Origin: a virus
Lineage: Duplodnaviria > Caudoviricetes
Length of the DNA stretch: 64,000 nt
Strand: one strand, 5' to 3'
Virus record (IMG/VR): IMGVR_UViG_3300007171_000004
Span: 236,537-300,536 of that record
A program made the position numbers and the translations under genes. The notes beneath the pieces were generated by a model. The model saw only the letters and a list, made by a program, of their open reading frames with translations. It was not told the origin of the DNA and searched no databases. Shown here one piece after another: positions 8,644-21,284 of the stretch (its first letter is position 1; every line of letters starts with the position of its first letter).

Positions 8644-10965
8644 ATGAAATTCAATCTTTCGAAATTAAAAACAGCAGCAAAGCCAACCGCACAAGATTTA
8701 GAGAATCAGCTTAGAGCAGAATTAGCACCTTTAGCAGAAATGTATCAACAAGGCAAGATTTCTCAAAAGGATATTTATAGACTCCTTGGTACTACAATCA
8801 AGAACTACCAAAATGAAATTATTGCTGAGGAACTTGAAAGATTTAGAAAGCCAGTTCAAGATTTAACAAGGCAAATTTCAAAACTTAAACCTGATTATGA
8901 TCCTTCTGATATTTTATCTGAAGTTATGTCTAGCATTAATGTTGCAGTTATTCCTGAATTAAGAAGACTTTATATTTTAGCAAAGAAGAGAACAGAAGAA
9001 TTATTTAAAGAAATTTCAATTACTACTGAACCAGAAAAACAAACCTGGGGCACATTTGTAGCAGACGAAAAAACAAGAATTTTAGATGACACTAAAGCAT
9101 CTTTTGAAGAGTTTGTAGATAAGATTTCTAGTATGTTCGGAAATATTTCTGAAGATGAAGCCAAAGTCTTAATTAGAAATATTCCTCAGCCAGCTAATAT
9201 TGAAAAAAATCCTGAGTTGCTTGCAAATAGATTCAGTGGAATTGACTCTTATTTTTCAACAAATATTGTAGAGAAAAATCCACTTCCTCAATCCATGTCC
9301 AAATATGTAGAAGCCTCAAAAGCTGTGTTTTCATTTTTGACAGGTATCAGAAATAAGGCAAAAGAAACTTGGACCCAATATATGTCTGGAAGAGATCCAA
9401 TGGCATTGGAACATTTGCCTAAGGTTGATATGCAAATTGATACAGACCCTTGGAATTTGTTAGATCAAGCTGGTTATCAACTATCTGCTTTAATTGGCCC
9501 TATATCATATTGGAAAGTTGAAAATAAATCTGGCAATATTGAAAGCGATAGTAGTATAGATAGATCATTCAATTCTGATGATGAAATTATTCGAAGAGTT
9601 CAAGAAACAGTAGCACAAGGTTATGATGACGATAGATTATTGTATATTTTAACAGATCCAAAAGAATTACAAGGCAACCCAATTTTAAATGATCCTAATT
9701 ACAAAAGATTAAGAGCCTTGTTTACTGAAATTTTAAGAAGTAATCGATCTAGATTTAAAGACATCTTGGTAAAAGCTGGTTTTCATGATCTTCCTGAAAT
9801 TGTAGAAAGAGTAGATAAACTTCAAAAAGATCCTGTCTATGCAGATTTTAATCTTTATGTAAGGTCAAGACCAGAATCAAAACTATATAAAGTTTTAAGA
9901 GACGAATTTGACTTAAATCCATTGCCTTTTGAATCTAATATGAGAATGCCATCAGAATTTCCATGGGGCAGTACAATTAAAACAGACTTTCTTTTACCAG
10001 CAGATGTCATTCAATATTCTGGTAGTGAATTGACAATTAAAAGACAAATTGTTTTCACTGGTGAATATCTCGAAGGCCGAACAAAGTCTCAAGATCCTAA
10101 ACAATTATATGGAGAAAAGCAATTCTTAGGTCCAGACGGTAAGCCTCATAAATTCAATATTAATGTTGGTGGAATTTCAATCTCTAAAGAGATGAAGACT
10201 GGTGTTTCAGTAAAAGAACAAGATATTTATAATGCTACTGCTGATTGGAAAAAAGTCGCTCAACCTGTTGTAGCATCTATGATTGGTTCAGCATCTCTCT
10301 ACTTTACTGATGAAGATGCTAGACCTCCATATACTTCAGCTGCTAAAAAATTAGATCAACATTTTATTATTTACGATTTTGCTGGATGTAATGATGATAC
10401 ATGTGTAGCCATGAATTTACTCAAAAAAGTTGCTTCTGAAAATCCTAATAGTGAAGCTGCAAGATATCTCGCTACACCAAGAGAATTTGATCAGAAGAAA
10501 AAACAACTTGATTATTTAGATGTTGTAAAGGCTAATTTTTTGATGTCTAAAGTATTTTCTGCTGCCATTGAGCGTTCATCTTCAAATAGTTTCACAGCAG
10601 AGTCCATGTATGCTCATTATGAATATTTGAAACAATTAAATCTTGACGAGCAAGATATTTTAAGAGAATATAGAAATACTCCAGATCAAAATGAAAAATT
10701 AAAACAAATTGCAGAATTAAAATTGTCTTTAAACAATTCACCTATGCAAGAATTTAAAGATAATTTCGAAGAAGCTAAAAATCAAAAAAGATTTGCAAGA
10801 ATTTTAGCTGGTTTTGATTACTTAAAAGAATTAGTAAGAAGCACAGATATATCCGATGTTGATCTTAGAGTTAAAACTAACGATTTACAAAGAGGCTTAA
10901 ATATCATGGAGCTTAAAACCTCAGCTGAAAGAATTAAGTTAATTAGAAAATATGCCTCTTCTTAG
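8644..10965 (+). CDS. Large hypothetical protein, possible virion component
   Basis: 773-aa ORF heading an operon with tail-tube-like genes; starts MKFNLSKLKTAA. Confidence 0.75.
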   Translation: MKFNLSKLKTAAKPTAQDLENQLRAELAPLAEMYQQGKISQKDIYRLLGTTIKNYQNEIIAEELERFRKPVQDLTRQISKLKPDYDPSDILSEVMSSINVAVIPELRRLYILAKKRTEELFKEISITTEPEKQTWGTFVADEKTRILDDTKASFEEFVDKISSMFGNISEDEAKVLIRNIPQPANIEKNPELLANRFSGIDSYFSTNIVEKNPLPQSMSKYVEASKAVFSFLTGIRNKAKETWTQYMSGRDPMALEHLPKVDMQIDTDPWNLLDQAGYQLSALIGPISYWKVENKSGNIESDSSIDRSFNSDDEIIRRVQETVAQGYDDDRLLYILTDPKELQGNPILNDPNYKRLRALFTEILRSNRSRFKDILVKAGFHDLPEIVERVDKLQKDPVYADFNLYVRSRPESKLYKVLRDEFDLNPLPFESNMRMPSEFPWGSTIKTDFLLPADVIQYSGSELTIKRQIVFTGEYLEGRTKSQDPKQLYGEKQFLGPDGKPHKFNINVGGISISKEMKTGVSVKEQDIYNATADWKKVAQPVVASMIGSASLYFTDEDARPPYTSAAKKLDQHFIIYDFAGCNDDTCVAMNLLKKVASENPNSEAARYLATPREFDQKKKQLDYLDVVKANFLMSKVFSAAIERSSSNSFTAESMYAHYEYLKQLNLDEQDILREYRNTPDQNEKLKQIAELKLSLNNSPMQEFKDNFEEAKNQKRFARILAGFDYLKELVRSTDISDVDLRVKTNDLQRGLNIMELKTSAERIKLIRKYASS

Positions 10966-11818
10966 TCCTGAATATATTTCTAAATGGTACTATTTAGAAG
11001 ATTTAAACAATACAAATAATATTGTTTTAGTTCAGACCTGTAATCAAAATTTAGTAACTTCAGCAGAATCTAATCAATTAATGACTGGCCATGCTGGATC
11101 AATGTCTATAACTCCATCTCAATTTGACTGGAGTACATCTTTAAACAGCCCTATATTAGTAATTAATAATATAGTTCCAAGTGATTCAAGAATTCATAAA
11201 GATTTATTCACATTTGTTAAAGAAAAATATGATTATCTTTGTAATCATTTAAATTATGGCGGAGAACAATATCCATTAGACTCAAGTTATCTAATGAAAA
11301 AGTTCACAATAAAAATTGAAAATGATGTAGAAATAGATGCTGATTTAATTGGCAATATAGGAAGTTATTTTAAAAATACATTAGCCGTTGATAATGAAAA
11401 TTATCAATTATCATCAAAAGACTTTATTGCTAGAACTATCAAATTCTATGACATTAATTTTTATGTTAATGGAACTCAATTAAAATTGTTGACTGCAGAT
11501 ATTACTGCAAATTTTGATTATTCGAAAAATTATTTTATAAATTCAATGACTAGCATGCCATTTTATGGTGTTAATTTTTTAAGAATCAATGGAAGAATAG
11601 AGTTCTTAATACCAGTAAGTGAATGGACAAGCTTTTCTGTCATAGAGCAGGAATACAACGCTTTATTTACAGAACAAGCAAATGTATCGATACAAATACA
11701 AAATGAATATTTAAATCTAGGTCAAATTAATTTAAAAAATAGCCTTACGTTTAATTTAAATGGTTCATTAACTACAGTCTCCTTGACATTTGAAACGTAT
11801 GCAAGATATCGAGAATAG
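10952..11818 (+). CDS. Putative tail-tube-like structural protein, paralog A
   Basis: Beta-rich; paralogous to next gene (MPLL-P-I-S-WY, SPILV, RxxKFYD, KNYFI, PF); structural role inferred. Confidence 0.5.
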   Translation: MPLLSPEYISKWYYLEDLNNTNNIVLVQTCNQNLVTSAESNQLMTGHAGSMSITPSQFDWSTSLNSPILVINNIVPSDSRIHKDLFTFVKEKYDYLCNHLNYGGEQYPLDSSYLMKKFTIKIENDVEIDADLIGNIGSYFKNTLAVDNENYQLSSKDFIARTIKFYDINFYVNGTQLKLLTADITANFDYSKNYFINSMTSMPFYGVNFLRINGRIEFLIPVSEWTSFSVIEQEYNALFTEQANVSIQIQNEYLNLGQINLKNSLTFNLNGSLTTVSLTFETYARYRE

Positions 11819-11826
11819 GATCTTTT

Positions 11827-12837
11827 ATGCCACTTCTAGCCCCACAGCTTATTTCTACATGGTATTTGTTTCAGCAAAATCTCAATAATCAAAGCCTTAT
11901 TCGTATTGTTGAAGATTGGACAGAACAACAAACCCAAGATTTAAATGAAAAGAAATTAATACAGGGTTCAAACGGAACTCATGTAATGGATGTTGGTGGT
12001 ATTATTTGGGAAAATACAGTTAGAGCACCAGTTTTAATTATTAATCAAGCTACTGGTTATTCTAGTAGATATACAGACATTTTTGATCTATTATCTTATT
12101 CTTTCAATGCAACAAGATCCCCGTTTTTAGATCCTACATTAACTTTTTTAATGAAAAGTGCTGATATAACAGTTGATCAATCTGGTGGTAGATGTGATAT
12201 ATCTTATTTATCTCCTATTCCAATGTCAAGAACACTAAATGCAGAAACTTATAAGACTATTGATGGAAATGGAAATTATATAAATGTTTCTCCTCCATTT
12301 TTAAGAGTTTATGCACCTGAAAATTATAATGTATTGCCAGACTTTATTGGAAGAGTTGCTAGATTCTATGATTTTTATGTTTCGTTTTTTGATACTGCAA
12401 CACAATCATATACATCTTTCCCAGTATTGAATGCAAAGATTAATTTTACTTGTAATATTCAAAAGAATTATTTTATTGGTTTTTACTCTCAAACTCCATT
12501 TTTGTCTGTTCAAGATTATTCTATTTCTGGAACTATGACAATTATGGCAGCTCCAGCAAGTTTTAGATCTTTTGAAATTGATCCGCAAGTTGGGTATAAC
12601 TCTGAAGAAAATTCATTTACGGGACCTGGTGTTCTTACTCCTATCAATGTTCAAATGGCAATAGGAGTAGCTGGTACTGCTTCAGATAGTTCAACAATTA
12701 GATCCCCTCAAAGAGAAATTTATTTAGGTTCAGCATCAATGAGATCTAATGTAACAAGAAATATGTCTCCTAACGAGATTACAAAGATTACTATAGACTT
12801 CAAGACATATACAAGACCATCTACTTCTGTATCTTAA
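11827..12837 (+). CDS. Putative tail-tube-like structural protein, paralog B
   Basis: Shares motifs with 10952..11818. Confidence 0.5.
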   Translation: MPLLAPQLISTWYLFQQNLNNQSLIRIVEDWTEQQTQDLNEKKLIQGSNGTHVMDVGGIIWENTVRAPVLIINQATGYSSRYTDIFDLLSYSFNATRSPFLDPTLTFLMKSADITVDQSGGRCDISYLSPIPMSRTLNAETYKTIDGNGNYINVSPPFLRVYAPENYNVLPDFIGRVARFYDFYVSFFDTATQSYTSFPVLNAKINFTCNIQKNYFIGFYSQTPFLSVQDYSISGTMTIMAAPASFRSFEIDPQVGYNSEENSFTGPGVLTPINVQMAIGVAGTASDSSTIRSPQREIYLGSASMRSNVTRNMSPNEITKITIDFKTYTRPSTSVS

Positions 12838-12854
12838 ACTGTACAAAATAATTA

Positions 12855-13340
12855 ATGTGTACTTATGAGAGTCTTGAAAATTATCAAGAAATTTTAACCT
12901 TTACTATTCCAGGTCGTCCAGCTACTAAAAAAACTTCTCAAAGAGTTGTAAGAATTGGAAGGATGACTAAAGTTCTTCCTTCTGTGACTTATGAAAAATA
13001 CGAGAAGAATTGTAGAGAGCATTGCGAAAACATCTGGAAAAATGCTGGAAATGATCCAATTGATTGTGGTATTGGAATTTATTATAAGGTTTATCTAGAT
13101 TCTTATATCATTGGAGACTCTACAGGATATTTTCAAGCTATTGGTGATATTCTAGAAAAATTTGGAGTGATTGCTAACGATATGTGGATTCATTGGCTTT
13201 CTGATGATACACATGCAATTGCCATAGATAAAGCTAATCCAAGATGTGAAATCAAAATTGTAAGATATAAACATCCTTATGAAGCATATAGGATGGAAAA
13301 GATTGCTAAAGAAAATAAGAAAAATAAAACCCCAGTTTAA
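12855..13340 (+). CDS. RusA-like Holliday junction resolvase
   Basis: FTIPGRPATKK, GDSTGYFQAIGDILEKFGVIANDMWI, NPRCEIKI. Confidence 0.8.
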   Translation: MCTYESLENYQEILTFTIPGRPATKKTSQRVVRIGRMTKVLPSVTYEKYEKNCREHCENIWKNAGNDPIDCGIGIYYKVYLDSYIIGDSTGYFQAIGDILEKFGVIANDMWIHWLSDDTHAIAIDKANPRCEIKIVRYKHPYEAYRMEKIAKENKKNKTPV

Positions 13341-13353
13341 CCTGGGGTTTTAT
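13327..13353. terminator. Bidirectional intrinsic terminator
   Basis: aaaaccccag-tttaac-ctggggtttt between convergent genes. Confidence 0.75.
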
Positions 13354-13689
13354 TTACTCTGCAGCTGGTTCTTCAACAACTGGAGGAGGAGCTACAGGAC
13401 GAACATAGTGTGGTTCGGTATCTGTAATACTAAACTCACCTTCAACACCAAGAGGCTCAATTACTGTCTTAAATGATTCTTGAAGATCATCTTGTGCCTT
13501 CATGATATCGTTGTCGAGAGTTGCCTTTCGCTCCTTGGCTTGCTCATACTGCTTCAAATTCTCTTCAAAACTCATGAGCCAATCAAGAATGTCCGACTTC
13601 TGTGCCTTAAGCTCCAATACAACTTGACGCTTTGCAACGAGCATCAAATAATCATCATGCGAAATCTGTGGATCTGTATTTTCTTCCAT
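13354..13689 (-). CDS. Coiled-coil hypothetical protein
   Basis: 111 aa, higher GC codon usage. Confidence 0.7.
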   Translation of the reverse strand: MEENTDPQISHDDYLMLVAKRQVVLELKAQKSDILDWLMSFEENLKQYEQAKERKATLDNDIMKAQDDLQESFKTVIEPLGVEGEFSITDTEPHYVRPVAPPPVVEEPAAE

Positions 13690-13750
13690 AATTTTCCTAC
13701 CCTTATTAACTAGGTACTTGTATTATACCCAAAATCAGATAGAATAAGAC

Positions 13751-14422
13751 ATGATTATTTACATTAGTCCATCTGATTTTGCATTTCTTTATAAGCAATC
13801 AAAATGGGGATTTCATCAAAAGTGTATGAAGAATATTCGTAGACCTTTTCTTCCAATGCCAGGTATTTTTAATGTTATTGATGCTGGAATGAAAGAATAT
13901 CTCAAGAGTACTAAAAAACCTAATATTAAAAATACAGATATCTTTAATGATTTTGAATTTAAATTTGAAGACGCTGCTGTTTGTTCACGTCCTATTGTAA
14001 ATTCAGATTTTCCAGATGTTCAAGTATGTCTTCGTGGAAAGCTAGATGGTATTTACACTAATGGATCTCAAAACTATTTAATCGACTTAAAGACAAGTTT
14101 TACAGACCCTGATTCTCTTAAAAAATACAATTTACAACTTAATTCATATGCTTTTGCTCTTCAAAATCCTTATGATGAATTTTGTGTAACCATGGACATT
14201 TATAAAGCTGGATTAATTGTGTATGAACCAGAGTCTTTTAATGAATTGGGCTTGATGGGCGGAATGGCATGGCATGAGACAAAACTGAATTTAAATGCTT
14301 TTGAAAAATATATTCAAGATACAATTATTCCATTTTTAGCTGGACCAGAACCTAATGCAGAAGAATCAGATCCTTTTTATGATTATTTATATAAATTAGG
14401 CTTTAGAAACTCAGAAAGCTAA
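13751..14422 (+). CDS. PD-(D/E)XK nuclease (RecB/Cas4-like)
   Basis: LRGKLDGI..LIDLKTS..QLNSYA; no Cas4 cysteines. Confidence 0.8.
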   Translation: MIIYISPSDFAFLYKQSKWGFHQKCMKNIRRPFLPMPGIFNVIDAGMKEYLKSTKKPNIKNTDIFNDFEFKFEDAAVCSRPIVNSDFPDVQVCLRGKLDGIYTNGSQNYLIDLKTSFTDPDSLKKYNLQLNSYAFALQNPYDEFCVTMDIYKAGLIVYEPESFNELGLMGGMAWHETKLNLNAFEKYIQDTIIPFLAGPEPNAEESDPFYDYLYKLGFRNSES

Positions 14423-14474
14423 AAGGAATTTATGTTGACACTCCTGTAAAATAACTTCAGGAGTGTCTTTTATT

Positions 14475-15443
14475 ATGCCAAAGTTTGTGGATGATTTTGT
14501 TTCCGAAAGATTAAAAGATAAATCGTTCTATCCTGAGCTAAGTGAAAAAGAACGCAAGTCTATTGCATTCGCAATAGCATATAAAACATTAAATGAAAAA
14601 AAGCAAAAGAAAAATAAAAAGAAAAGCTTTTTTATTGGTGTTAATACAAGATACTCCGAACTCTTAAGATTATGTCGTCATTTAGATCATAAAGGTCAAT
14701 ATCGTACTGCTGATAAAATTGTAGAGGCTTTAAACCGTGGAGAATTCTGGATTGAGGATGATGGCTCCACTATATATGCAGATGGTGATGTTGGTGATTT
14801 GAATCATGCAATGGTAGCTGAACAAGAAATGATATCTAGGTTGGGTATTTATTTCGAAGATGAAATCTACTCTATCGAAAATGCTAGAGAATTGTTTTAT
14901 CAATCTATTAATGACGAAGGTGCTTATGGCCCTGATGGTATAGAAGATTATATTCAAGATCTTAAATCTGATTATGGAGATGATTGGGTTGATGAAGCTT
15001 CATTTGATCATTTTATTGTGTGGAATTCTACAAAACAAGCCCATAATCATCCTGCAATGTTAATAGAGAGCCAAAAAACTTTAGAAGGATTTAAAGATCC
15101 TGTAACTTTTGCAATTGAAAACTATGGATGGATTAGAGCTGAGATTAATAGAAATTATGCAGCATTTCAAACTAAAAATTTGAACAAGATGAATTTTGAT
15201 AAAATCTTAGCATGTCTTCTTGGAGATTATCCTGAAGAGTCTAATATACAGCCAGATTATAAAATTTCATTAGAAGTACAATCTCCAGTGGTTACATCTT
15301 TAAAATTTAATTATGATGAATTTAATTGGGATCATGTATGGGAAGAATTTAAAAGCTCTATTGGATTAAAAGAGCCTGTTTCTGAACCTAATTTAGCTAC
15401 TCCAAATATGCCTGAGTATTATCAAGGAAGAGAAGGCGATTAA
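14475..15443 (+). CDS. Putative virion-associated protein with internal leader-like helix and C-terminal GRxGD tag
   Basis: LLRLCRHLDHKGQYRTADKI; ends PEYYQGREGD; start moved to ATG 14475. Confidence 0.65.
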   Translation: MPKFVDDFVSERLKDKSFYPELSEKERKSIAFAIAYKTLNEKKQKKNKKKSFFIGVNTRYSELLRLCRHLDHKGQYRTADKIVEALNRGEFWIEDDGSTIYADGDVGDLNHAMVAEQEMISRLGIYFEDEIYSIENARELFYQSINDEGAYGPDGIEDYIQDLKSDYGDDWVDEASFDHFIVWNSTKQAHNHPAMLIESQKTLEGFKDPVTFAIENYGWIRAEINRNYAAFQTKNLNKMNFDKILACLLGDYPEESNIQPDYKISLEVQSPVVTSLKFNYDEFNWDHVWEEFKSSIGLKEPVSEPNLATPNMPEYYQGREGD

Positions 15444-16912
15444 TGACTAATTCCTTAGAACTATTAAAACTTGCGGATTCATTAGATCGTCAAGGCTTTT
15501 ATAGATTAGCACAAGAAGCCGAAGAATCAGCACAAGAACAAGCAACATCTCAACAAGAATTACAACAAAATAATATTAATTTTTATGAAATGACTGGAAA
15601 TACAGCTGAGTTATACAGTGCATATAATTATTTAAGACAACTTATTGGGCTTGGTCTTAATTCTAGATATTTTCAACAACTTATAACAACTTATAAATTA
15701 AATAATATTGATCAGATGATTGGTGTTTTTGCTAGATTAGGGAATACAAAAGCTGCTGATCTCTTAAAATCAATAAGTAATAATAAATTTTTAGCAGCTA
15801 GACAAAACAAATTATTTACTTATTTGAAAACATTTGAACCAGGAGCGCTTTTTACAGCTGATGAATTGAAAATTCTTCAGAATGCTACAAAATATAATGC
15901 TCCTGCAATTGGGTCTGGTTTAAATACTATTGAAAGATTTAAAAATCTTTCTGGTATTTCACAAGAAGTTATTAACGCAAATCCAACTAAATTCAGAGAT
16001 GTTTTAAGATTTATTGGAAATGGCCAAATCGAAGAAGCAGCAAATATTTTAAAAAGCATCGAAGGTTTAAATTCAAGTCAAGTGGATGCAATCTTATTTA
16101 ATTCAAAAGCTATTCAAAGTGAAATAAAAGCTGCTGAAAATGTTTTAAAATTTGATCAAGTAGCCCTTCAAAAGGGTAATTCTGTATTCACAGCTTTAAG
16201 AGCTATGGCAGCAGAAATTCCCGTCATTGGTAAAGTAATTCAAGTTCTAGAATGGGGTATGTCAAAAGGACTTCCTATTCTTGGTATTATTGCTGGAGCT
16301 GTAGAAGTGGTTGCATATTCAAACCAACTTAAAAGTGCTCCAGAAGAAGAAAAAGCAGATATTAGAATGGACATTGCACAGGGAGTAATTAATATAATTG
16401 GTAATATTTTAATGCTTGTCCCAAATCCAATAGCACAATCAGCAGGTGGCATAATTCTTGGTTTAAATTTAGCTGCAGATGTAGTACAAGGTAAATCAAA
16501 AGATTGGATGGCACAAGCTGAAGGTTTCGATAATGCAGAGCAGATGAAACAAACAAAGCAAATTGCCGAACAAGATCTTTCTGTTGTTTCAAGCAATCCT
16601 GAAGTAACAAAAGCAATGGATTATCTAATCAAAAAAAATTGGGTGTATTTTGAATCCCCAGCTAGATATAAAAATGAAATTTCTCAAAAGTTAATGCCAA
16701 ACAATGCTCTTGCAGATGTTGGTGGACTTTATGGTAGTGATAGAAATGCAAACTTTTGGAAGTGGTCTGGAAATACAAATTCTCCTGAATATTTAGAATT
16801 TGTTCAATCTCTGACTCAGTTGAAAAAGAAACTCTTTGATAGTTTTAGGCAACCTAGACAAATGACTCAAAGAACTTCATGTAGAGCTAAAATTAAGCTA
16901 AAATATGCTTAA
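15443..16912 (+). CDS. Putative ejected/internal protein with membrane-like helices
   Basis: Starts LLKLADSLDRQGFYRLA; Gly/Ala/Ile-rich helices around aa 270-345. Confidence 0.65.
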   Translation: MTNSLELLKLADSLDRQGFYRLAQEAEESAQEQATSQQELQQNNINFYEMTGNTAELYSAYNYLRQLIGLGLNSRYFQQLITTYKLNNIDQMIGVFARLGNTKAADLLKSISNNKFLAARQNKLFTYLKTFEPGALFTADELKILQNATKYNAPAIGSGLNTIERFKNLSGISQEVINANPTKFRDVLRFIGNGQIEEAANILKSIEGLNSSQVDAILFNSKAIQSEIKAAENVLKFDQVALQKGNSVFTALRAMAAEIPVIGKVIQVLEWGMSKGLPILGIIAGAVEVVAYSNQLKSAPEEEKADIRMDIAQGVINIIGNILMLVPNPIAQSAGGIILGLNLAADVVQGKSKDWMAQAEGFDNAEQMKQTKQIAEQDLSVVSSNPEVTKAMDYLIKKNWVYFESPARYKNEISQKLMPNNALADVGGLYGSDRNANFWKWSGNTNSPEYLEFVQSLTQLKKKLFDSFRQPRQMTQRTSCRAKIKLKYA

Positions 16913-16949
16913 AATTGTATAAATAAAAATAAAAAAAGGAATTGATATT

Positions 16950-17201
16950 ATGGACAGAACATTTGTAATTTTTGATGTAACAGAAGTTGATAAGGTTGAC
17001 TTCACCCAAGTACTTGAAACATCTGCAGATACTTTGAGAAAGAGTGTTGATGGAACTAAGACTTTCGTTAAGTGGGAAAGTGCAGAACCTACATTCTTAG
17101 CAGATCTTGAAACAAAGAGTGATCTTTATTCTTATGAAGAAATTCTTGCAATTCTTCAAACTCCAGAATGGACTGCACCAATGGATATGCCTACTCCTTA
17201 G
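16950..17201 (+). CDS. Small conserved aquatic-phage protein
   Basis: RKSVDGTKTFVKW..YSYEEILAIL..EW pattern; RBS aaggaa. Confidence 0.75.
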   Translation: MDRTFVIFDVTEVDKVDFTQVLETSADTLRKSVDGTKTFVKWESAEPTFLADLETKSDLYSYEEILAILQTPEWTAPMDMPTP

Positions 17202-17379
17202 TCTTTTTCTTTCCTAAGGTTTTTAAATAAGCCTCAAGATTCTGACATATTTCTTGTTGAGATAATTCAGTTTCTTGAGGCTTTGGTTTATAATTTATTA
17301 AAAAACCAATTAATATTCCACAAAAGAAAAAGAATATTAGGATTTTAAATTGCGAGATAATATTTCCAGTTTTCATCAA
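17191..17379 (-). CDS. Small membrane protein
   Basis: Single hydrophobic segment. Confidence 0.5.
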   Translation of the reverse strand: MMKTGNIISQFKILIFFFFCGILIGFLINYKPKPQETELSQQEICQNLEAYLKTLGKKKTKE

Positions 17380-17851
17380 TTGAATCTTTATGTTTACTTA
17401 AAATAGTACTAAATGAATATCGGGGTACTTTTGGACTAGACAAAAGCTTCATTCCAGATTTTTCTAAAGTTTTGCCAGCCTTTTTATAATTACATTTCTT
17501 GCAGCTTGTTACTAAATTTTGCCAAGATGTAATTCCACCTAAATGTCTTGGATAAACATGATCAAGAGTCAAATCAATATGTTTTTGACCACAATATTGA
17601 CATGTAAAATTATCTCTTGCATAAACACCATAACGAGAAACTTTAAATTCAGTTCTAAACTTTCTCTTAGCCTTATAATTTAATCTAATAACAGAGGGAA
17701 TTTCAAAACTTAATCCTCCACCTGAAACAAAAGTATCACCACTATAATGAAGAACATCAGCTTTATTAAGAATAATTAATTTAATCGCTTTGTGAAGGGT
17801 GCAAATATTCAAAGGCTCATAATCTGAATTAAGCAAAAGAACTCTAGACAT
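17345..17851 (-). CDS. HNH endonuclease (McrA-like, host type)
   Basis: VLLLNSDYEPL, RDNFTCQYCG, LTLDHVYPRHLGG, NLVTSCKKCNYKK; upstream ttgtag-17-tagaat promoter. Confidence 0.9.
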   Translation of the reverse strand: MSRVLLLNSDYEPLNICTLHKAIKLIILNKADVLHYSGDTFVSGGGLSFEIPSVIRLNYKAKRKFRTEFKVSRYGVYARDNFTCQYCGQKHIDLTLDHVYPRHLGGITSWQNLVTSCKKCNYKKAGKTLEKSGMKLLSSPKVPRYSFSTILSKHKDSIDENWKYYLAI

Positions 17852-17884
17852 GTTTTATTCTACCATCTATTATGATCATCTACA

Positions 17885-17920
17885 AAAAAATTACCCCAGC
17901 TTTTTTGCCGGGGTAATTTT
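17885..17920 (-). terminator. dnaK terminator
   Basis: aaaattacccc..ggggtaatttt hairpin with T-run on minus strand. Confidence 0.75.
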
Positions 17921-17934
17921 CTTTCCGATGATTT

Positions 17935-19755
<1,821 letters not shown>

Positions 19756-19926
19756 TTACCTCTCATTTAAAATATATTGTAAATTATACAAAGTTCCGAA
19801 AAATCATGAACTTTCTTTACAGATTTTAAGCAACCTAATTATACCACATTAGGCCAAAAAAGGAAATCTGAACCGAAACTTTATAACATCATAAGTAAGA
19901 AAAAAGTTTCTAAGGATTTTTTTAAT

Positions 19927-21252
19927 ATGAGAGAAGTTTTTGCTAGTATCAATTATGTAATCAACAAACTTGAAGAAAAGAATTTATTCAAGATTGCACA
20001 AGAAGGACATGATATCTTTGCAGCCGTTTATAGATTTGTTGGACAAGATGGCGAATTAGTAAGACCTGATGATGATAAATCTGAGCAGTATTATGAGTCT
20101 GCAGTCCCTAGTAATATGTTTGAAAATGATCTATATAGCCCTATGGATAAAAATAAGCAAAGAAAGTGGCGTGTAAAGAGTGAAGTTCCTAGTGAATACG
20201 GAACAGCACCAGCATCTCCTGCATCTCCAAACGCAACAGAAACTCCAAGCGCAGAAACATTTACTCCAGAAGCTCCAAGTGCAGGGCCATCAGTAGCTCC
20301 AGAAAGTGCATTGGTTACAATTACTGCACCTTCTTATAATGGTGGATCTGCAGGGACATCTTCTGAATCATCTTCTGACAATAGCGAAATCCGGGATCTC
20401 CAACATCATGAGTATTTTGATCCTCAAGAGGGAATTCCTATGATTGGAGAAAGATCCGAAGAAAGTAATTTTGGAACAAGTTCTTACGAGCCAACAAGTA
20501 CTGGATTATTTGGTGAAAGCTCAAGTCCAAAAATGTTAGAAGAGCGTAGTATTTTTGATCGTGAAGAGAATGATGAAAATTATACAAACGAAGAAAAAAT
20601 TGCCGAATTAGTATTTAAAAGATTGAAAGAAAAGAATTATAAAATTCTTTCAAATCCCACAGTAATTGAAATGGCAAAAGATCCTAACTCAGGGTTAAAA
20701 GATCAATTAGCACACAATGGTTATTATTTAATTATTCCCGAAGGTGATGTAATCAATCTTGGTGTTTCAACAGATAGAAATACATATTTAAATAAAAAGA
20801 ATGTCCTTCATAAAGCCAGGGGTAGATCTTCTGCATCTGCAAAAGAAGTTCTTTCTATGACCAATACATTCATTACAAATCTTGAGAATTATGGTTTAAA
20901 GAGAGAAGCTGAAGCTATGCATGATGTATTTGTAAAAATTGCCAATGCATATGATCTTGTTAATAGACCTGGCGTTTCTGTTCAAGCAAAGAAGTGGATT
21001 CAAGATAATGTAGCAAATATTGATGCTATGACAAATTTGCAACTTGTTAATATGATGGCAAATCTTCCATTAAATGTGCAAACAGAACTTAAGCAGATTA
21101 TCACTAATTATAAGAATACACAAGGTTATAAGCAAAACAAGCCTATGGGATATCAACAACCTAATCAGCAAATGTATCAACAGGGATATCAACAAGGTTA
21201 TCAACAACAGAACATGTATCAAAATCAAGGCGGTATGGTTAGACCGCAATAA
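19927..21252 (+). CDS. Low-complexity putative internal virion protein
   Basis: Two leader-like helices, Ser/Pro/Glu-rich middle, GYQQ-repeat C-terminus. Confidence 0.7.
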   Translation: MREVFASINYVINKLEEKNLFKIAQEGHDIFAAVYRFVGQDGELVRPDDDKSEQYYESAVPSNMFENDLYSPMDKNKQRKWRVKSEVPSEYGTAPASPASPNATETPSAETFTPEAPSAGPSVAPESALVTITAPSYNGGSAGTSSESSSDNSEIRDLQHHEYFDPQEGIPMIGERSEESNFGTSSYEPTSTGLFGESSSPKMLEERSIFDREENDENYTNEEKIAELVFKRLKEKNYKILSNPTVIEMAKDPNSGLKDQLAHNGYYLIIPEGDVINLGVSTDRNTYLNKKNVLHKARGRSSASAKEVLSMTNTFITNLENYGLKREAEAMHDVFVKIANAYDLVNRPGVSVQAKKWIQDNVANIDAMTNLQLVNMMANLPLNVQTELKQIITNYKNTQGYKQNKPMGYQQPNQQMYQQGYQQGYQQQNMYQNQGGMVRPQ

Positions 21253-21253
21253 C

Positions 21254-21284
21254 AAAAAAGGGGAGATTCATTCTCCCCTTTTTT
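21254..21284. terminator. Bidirectional intrinsic terminator
   Basis: aaaaaaggggag-attcatt-ctcccctttttt. Confidence 0.8.

Noticed and set aside
13751-14422. Cas4 call
   Set aside because: Lacks the four Fe-S cysteines and has no CRISPR context
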